Below, piece after piece: positions 59,519 through 64,000 of a stretch of 64,000 bases of DNA. This stretch comes from an uncultured virus (IMG/VR IMGVR_UViG_3300020183_000048). Its lineage: Duplodnaviria > Heunggongvirae > Uroviricota > Caudoviricetes. The notes under the pieces were generated by a model. The model was given only the letters and a program-made list of their open reading frames with translations, made no database searches and had not been told where the DNA came from. Position 1 is the stretch's first letter, and each line of letters begins with the position of its first letter. The position numbers and the translations under genes are program-made. The stretch lies in the IMG/VR virus record IMGVR_UViG_3300020183_000048. The stretch is one strand, 5' to 3'.

Positions 59519-60118
59519 TTAATCTATATAAAATCCTTTTCTCAAATAATCTTCATCTTCAATATATCTATACTCATCATCAATATCTACTTTTTCATCT
59601 TTCCATACTGGAAAAGCAACAGAATTTCCGTATCTAAAGTCTGGATTTCTACGAAAATGAACCTCTATAAGTTTGTTACCAATAAATTCGCAGTTTATCC
59701 ACTCATAATTTCTTTTTAAATTATCTAATATTGAAGGAAATTTTACATAACAGTTAATTTTTTCCCATTTTTTCCATCTATATAATGGTTCTTCTTCATC
59801 TTTTTCACCAACAACCACTAAGTCAGGGATTTTATTTCTAAAATCAACACTCAAGTGTGCTCCTTCAAAGATTTCTGACCAAAATTCTGATGGGTGAAAT
59901 CGATCTGTTGAACTATGAATCCATTCTATACGAGCAAAACGACTCATTCCAAGTAAATTTATGGATGGTCTAACTACATAGTACCCAGAATAAGGAACAG
60001 GCACCCCTGTTGGTCCACAGAGATGCCCTTGTCGTTTATTTAATATAAGTTTATTATAGACCCAGAGATCATCTGGATGAATAGCATTCCATTCGTCTTG
60101 TGGGTCTAAGTGATACAT
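59519..60118 (-). CDS. ATP-grasp-like protein
   Basis: YNKL, YVVRPSINLLGMS, FWSEIFEGAHLSVD, INCEFIGNKLIEVHFR. Confidence 0.55.
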   Translation of the reverse strand: MYHLDPQDEWNAIHPDDLWVYNKLILNKRQGHLCGPTGVPVPYSGYYVVRPSINLLGMSRFARIEWIHSSTDRFHPSEFWSEIFEGAHLSVDFRNKIPDLVVVGEKDEEEPLYRWKKWEKINCYVKFPSILDNLKRNYEWINCEFIGNKLIEVHFRRNPDFRYGNSVAFPVWKDEKVDIDDEYRYIEDEDYLRKGFYID

Positions 60119-60121
60119 ATA

Positions 60122-60268
60122 CTATTTTCCTTGTCCGCGATACTTCTTACGCGCTTTATTACGACTGGTAGCAGCATATTTAGTTCCAAGACCTAATCCT
60201 TGACGAGATTTCTTAGGGGGACCAGGAATATAGTTGCTCTTAGTTAAAGATCCTTTAGATTTTGCCAT
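60122..60268 (-). CDS. 48-aa basic peptide ending KKYRGQGK
   Basis: Manual translation MAKSKGSLTKSNYIPGPPKKSRQGLGLGTKYAATSRNKARKKYRGQGK; follows the promoter at 60293-60321. Confidence 0.75.
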   Translation of the reverse strand: MAKSKGSLTKSNYIPGPPKKSRQGLGLGTKYAATSRNKARKKYRGQGK

Positions 60269-60292
60269 ATTTAAACAGATTGAACTACGATA

Positions 60293-60321
60293 AGTATAAC
60301 ATGAAAGTAATTATAGGTCAA
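60293..60321 (-). promoter_or_regulatory. sigma70-type early promoter
   Basis: TTGACC-N17-TATACT with extended TG. Confidence 0.65.
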
Positions 60322-61400
60322 GGGAATGTTGATCCTCTTGGTGTGTCATCAAATGTTGATAGGTTAACAATAACATTTTCTGTTGTTGGTTCAAATTCAA
60401 ACGAACTGATTGATGTATCTTCTCTGGTGAATTCATCCAATCCATCAATCACAGAATTTTCAATTGTTGGAACTGGTTTTGGTTGTGATGGTTGAACAAC
60501 AACAAGTGTTTCGGGAATTCTTGGTGGACAATAATGTACTACTTCTGGATCTTCAACAGCTCCTGGATCAGTTGTACCAGGAGAAGGATTGGTTGATTTG
60601 GGAATGATCAATACAGGTGAACTGTAAATATTTGGTGGACCTGGTTCTGGTGCAGCTCCAGGAGAAATATATGGTAATTTATTAATTGTTTTTCCTGTTA
60701 TAGTAATTGTTATTGGAACTGGAATACGTGGATCACATTCTCTTGCTATATCATTATCTCCTGGATCTTCAACAGCTCCTGGATCAGTAGTACCAGGAGG
60801 CAAAATTGATATTGGAACTATTAATGTTGGGGGTGTATGTGTACCTGGCAAGCCTGGTTCTGGAATAATTCCACGTGGAATGTCTGGTAATTTATTTTTG
60901 GGAATTTTGGAAATTATACCACCACCTTCAGGATCACTAGAAGCTCCAGGATCTTGTATTCCACTTGGAGGTACTTGTGCTTTGACTCCTTTTCCTGCAC
61001 CAGATGCTAGTGCTAATGCTAATGCAAGAGCACCAAATAATAATAAAAGTTTATTTGGACCAGCAGGAATAATAGCTGAAAATGGAAAGAAGCTAACAAC
61101 ATCACCAATTGACGCTAGTGGTCTTCCATCATATAGGTGTCTTGGTGATGCAGTTACTACCATTCTAGGTAATGGTAAACAAGGAATACAACATCCTGGA
61201 CCACAAGGACAACATGGTGGGTTGGGTGGAACAGGAGGAAATACATCACCAAAGTGAACAACTGGAATTGGAGTAAGATTTTTTCCTGCTGCTGGTCCTA
61301 AAACCAAAGGACTCCAATTACAACAAGGACCTATAAAAGGACCAGCTGCAAAAGAACTTAAATCAACGATTTTAGCGGCAGGACCATTACCAAAAGGCAT
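60318..61400 (-). CDS. PAAR-like spike-tip protein with Pro-rich repeat extension
   Basis: PVVHFGD...Cys cluster...ASPRHLYDGRPLASIGD; GGAGG SD. Confidence 0.55.
   Translation of the reverse strand: MPFGNGPAAKIVDLSSFAAGPFIGPCCNWSPLVLGPAAGKNLTPIPVVHFGDVFPPVPPNPPCCPCGPGCCIPCLPLPRMVVTASPRHLYDGRPLASIGDVVSFFPFSAIIPAGPNKLLLLFGALALALALASGAGKGVKAQVPPSGIQDPGASSDPEGGGIISKIPKNKLPDIPRGIIPEPGLPGTHTPPTLIVPISILPPGTTDPGAVEDPGDNDIARECDPRIPVPITITITGKTINKLPYISPGAAPEPGPPNIYSSPVLIIPKSTNPSPGTTDPGAVEDPEVVHYCPPRIPETLVVVQPSQPKPVPTIENSVIDGLDEFTREDTSISSFEFEPTTENVIVNLSTFDDTPRGSTFP
60545..60799. repeat. 39-bp direct repeat (1 mismatch) encoding PGTTDPGAVEDP
   Basis: ctggatcttcaacagctcctggatcagt[t/a]gtaccaggag at 60545 and 60761. 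Confidence 0.9.
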
Positions 61401-61410
61401 ATGTTACCTC

Positions 61411-63783
61411 CTATCCTAGAATCTTATATGGTGCAAATTGAACAACTGGCGCAAAATCAATATTTGGATGTAGTGTATTGTATTGTGATGAAGAAATTGC
61501 AGTTGTCCCGTATTGTGCTCTCACACAATCTAAAAATGCAGTGGAACTACGTTTTGCATAATAAATGATTTCAAATCCTTTGAAATCATATGTACGAACT
61601 TCACTGGAATTTGTTCTTTCTTTACCAGTCCATCTGACATTTAGATCATATCGTGGAATAAGAATAAAACCATTCTCTAAAAATCCATATGTACTTTCAA
61701 CATCAATACGTGTTGCGGATGTTGTAAGATTTTTTGTTAGATAAGTAAAAATCTTTACTTGTGTTTTTGGATTTGATTTTAATGAAGCTAATGCAGTAAT
61801 ATAATTACCCAGTGCAGTTAATTCATAAACTGCTTTTTGTTCGTATGCAAATTTATAATCAAACTTTTCTGTAATATAAGTATTGACTACACCAAACTCT
61901 TCGATATCAACACTTGTTGTTCGAATACCAGAAGTGGTAAACACTTTACCACCACCACCTTTTAGAAAATGTTTTGTACTTGATGGTGAAGTAGTTGAAT
62001 GACCCAACCACCATTTATGTTCGTGACTAAAAACACCTTCTGTAAATGAGTAAGATGGAGAATAACTAGTAGTACCGAACCCTCCTCCACCAGTTCCACC
62101 AGTTCCAGTATTAAGCACACAGGTTGCATTAATGCCAGCGCCACTGAGGGATCCATTGGGAGCAACAATTTTAGAAATCAAATTATCGGAATCTAAATTA
62201 ACTGTAAGTTGTTGTGGAAATGCAGTTGTATAGTTGTCCACCTGTAGAGTCTGCTCCCAGCTTGGATTCAATGAAGCTAGGATTGGCCTGTTTACACTGA
62301 CAAATTTGGGAACACCATTTGCATAGGATCCAAGTGTTGCTGTTGGAGTACCACTTTTAACACCAGTACTGCTGCAACTGACTCCGCTGCCGCCGCTATA
62401 CTCTGCATATCTGTTTGATGCTTCAATAAATGTATTATCAATCCTACCATATGAATTTGTTGGAGATCTAGGAACTCTAGAATATTTTACCAATACTTGA
62501 AACTTCATATGCATTGGAATCTGAAACACATCATCATCATCCTGTGCAATATCATCAGGAATAACATCAAATACATCGCAACGAGTTGGAACCATGTACA
62601 TGGAATTGTTTAATGCTACAAGTGGAGGACTGACAACTGATCCATCATACAATGCAGGTCTGGTTGTGAAATCAATTGTACTTGTATCTGCCTCTATATC
62701 ATCATGAGTTTTCTTTCCTTGTCCGAGAACTTGTTCGTCGAAACGTTGCCATTGTGACTCCTCTAATGTTTGATTTTTAAGAATTGTTTTACCAATATCT
62801 GTTGTGAATAGTTTCTCACTTAAAACATTATCTGGAATATCACTAATGCGATTATTGAATGCTTGTTCATTTTCAATCTTACCAGGAACATACCCACCGA
62901 CAATCTCTGGATCAATGGGTGATTGCAGTACTGCCATTGATACTTCAGTTTTTGTATTTCCAAAACCAGTTGCACTGATTTTCTGATCTGCTTTGCGTTC
63001 TGCCTTTGGTGTTATTCCAGGATCTTTGAATAGAAGGTCATATTTGAGTGATTTAAAATTTGTTTCTACAATACCAACAATTCCTACTCTATCTTTAATT
63101 CCTTTTCCTGCCTTCACATTGATAATCAATCCAGTTCTTACAGTATAATTCGTATCCTTTGCGAAGTTAGCTCCGCTGCCGCTAAGCTCAGCTATACACA
63201 ATCTGGTCTGTGATGAATGGTAATAGTTAGCTACCTTACTCACAGTCCAACCGTTGATGGTATCCCCAGGTTTCACCTGTAACATGCCAGTGAGTGGATT
63301 GGTATTATAAGAGAAGATTATCTTTTTATCCGTGGTGCCTGCTGTGTAGACATGGGTGTTCGGATTGATTGTACTATTGCCCTTATTAATTCCTCCATAA
63401 TATGTCATGTTATCATAGGTGTAAGTATCCTGATCAAATACACCATTTGTTCCCTGACCAATTATAGAAATGTCAATACGATCTACAGTCATCGACCAAC
63501 GATAACGTTGTTCAAACTTAAAGTTTACTGTACGAGTTGCAAAAGAATATGTAGTAATACCACCACCTCCACCTCCTCCAGTACCTTGAGATACAGTTGA
63601 TTTAACATATTCTTGAGTTAGATTTTTATTCTCATGGAATGTTTTGTCAAACGTTAATGTATTCTTATTACTTGGTAGTTCTAAAATTGCAAAAAAATAG
63701 TCACCATCACTCAACGTGGTATTTAAGTTACCACTAATCGTGTTGAGTGAAAAATCTGTAGTGTGGTCAAGATATGTCGTCAT
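61411..63783 (-). CDS. 790-aa virion structural protein
   Basis: Gly/Thr-rich; C-terminal VESTYGF...EIIYY...CVRAQYGT module shared with gp7. Confidence 0.65.
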   Translation of the reverse strand: MTTYLDHTTDFSLNTISGNLNTTLSDGDYFFAILELPSNKNTLTFDKTFHENKNLTQEYVKSTVSQGTGGGGGGGITTYSFATRTVNFKFEQRYRWSMTVDRIDISIIGQGTNGVFDQDTYTYDNMTYYGGINKGNSTINPNTHVYTAGTTDKKIIFSYNTNPLTGMLQVKPGDTINGWTVSKVANYYHSSQTRLCIAELSGSGANFAKDTNYTVRTGLIINVKAGKGIKDRVGIVGIVETNFKSLKYDLLFKDPGITPKAERKADQKISATGFGNTKTEVSMAVLQSPIDPEIVGGYVPGKIENEQAFNNRISDIPDNVLSEKLFTTDIGKTILKNQTLEESQWQRFDEQVLGQGKKTHDDIEADTSTIDFTTRPALYDGSVVSPPLVALNNSMYMVPTRCDVFDVIPDDIAQDDDDVFQIPMHMKFQVLVKYSRVPRSPTNSYGRIDNTFIEASNRYAEYSGGSGVSCSSTGVKSGTPTATLGSYANGVPKFVSVNRPILASLNPSWEQTLQVDNYTTAFPQQLTVNLDSDNLISKIVAPNGSLSGAGINATCVLNTGTGGTGGGGFGTTSYSPSYSFTEGVFSHEHKWWLGHSTTSPSSTKHFLKGGGGKVFTTSGIRTTSVDIEEFGVVNTYITEKFDYKFAYEQKAVYELTALGNYITALASLKSNPKTQVKIFTYLTKNLTTSATRIDVESTYGFLENGFILIPRYDLNVRWTGKERTNSSEVRTYDFKGFEIIYYAKRSSTAFLDCVRAQYGTTAISSSQYNTLHPNIDFAPVVQFAPYKILG

Positions 63784-63965
63784 TTAGTTAAACATCCAAT
63801 ACAACAATGGTCGGGGTCAAAAATTATTTCGCGTGTGTCTGTATATATGTGATAGTAACAACAGTGTTGCCATCCGTCTTCTCTGGTTAACCCAACGCCT
63901 CGGATTCTTTCACCTTCGTAATAATCTCCAATTTTAAGTGGAAGATCATCTTTACACATAATCAC
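63780..63965 (-). CDS. small Cys-containing hypothetical protein
   Basis: 61-aa ORF with ATGA coupling. Confidence 0.5.
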   Translation of the reverse strand: MIMCKDDLPLKIGDYYEGERIRGVGLTREDGWQHCCYYHIYTDTREIIFDPDHCCIGCLTK

Positions 63966-64000
63966 ATTACAATGACAGTATCCTTCTGGTAATAATACAT

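Noticed and set aside
59441..59521. Stop-codon read-through of the ATP-grasp-like gene stimulated by the hairpin
   Set aside because: Read-through adds only 25 codons before a TAG and is out of frame with the downstream ORF
60545..60799. Direct repeats as a CRISPR array or DGR template/variable repeat
   Set aside because: There are only two copies, both in frame within one coding repeat; no spacer array, reverse transcriptase or pattern of adenine-specific mismatches
1..64000. tRNA/rRNA genes, integrases, transposases, stop-codon reassignment
   Set aside because: None recognised by eye; there is almost no intergenic space, and TAA, TAG and TGA all end full-length conserved genes. tRNAscan/Infernal were not run

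Overview
A 64 kb segment of an AT-rich T4-like cyanomyovirus (Kyanoviridae-type) genome. Almost all genes are on the minus strand. From the right end, transcription runs through baseplate and virion genes (PAAR-like tip, gp25, gp6, a 4779-aa gp7-like protein, gp8, a VrlC-like protein), neck, terminase, tail and head genes (gp13-gp23, gp3), recombination and late transcription (uvsY, uvsW, gp55, gp47, gp46), a vWA-peptidase/MoxR-AAA pair, and the replisome accessory operon (gp45, gp44, gp62, regA). The most notable feature lies between gp44 and gp62, which are adjacent in T4. There, a translationally coupled cassette encodes a PD-(D/E)xK-like nuclease, a DUF4338/DruA-like protein, a GT-B glycosyltransferase with a wHTH-like tail, and a TET-associated-type (TAGT) GT-A glycosyltransferase ending in a sliding-clamp-binding-like motif. 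I read it as a candidate replication-coupled DNA hypermodification/restriction system. Other signals are a plus-strand operon of tiny YRG-motif (DUF4278-like) peptides missed by the ORF track, back-to-back promoters with an antisense arm, an early-promoter island inside the late cluster with a candidate pseudoknot, and many domain insertions in structural proteins. All family assignments come from motif recognition, not database searches.
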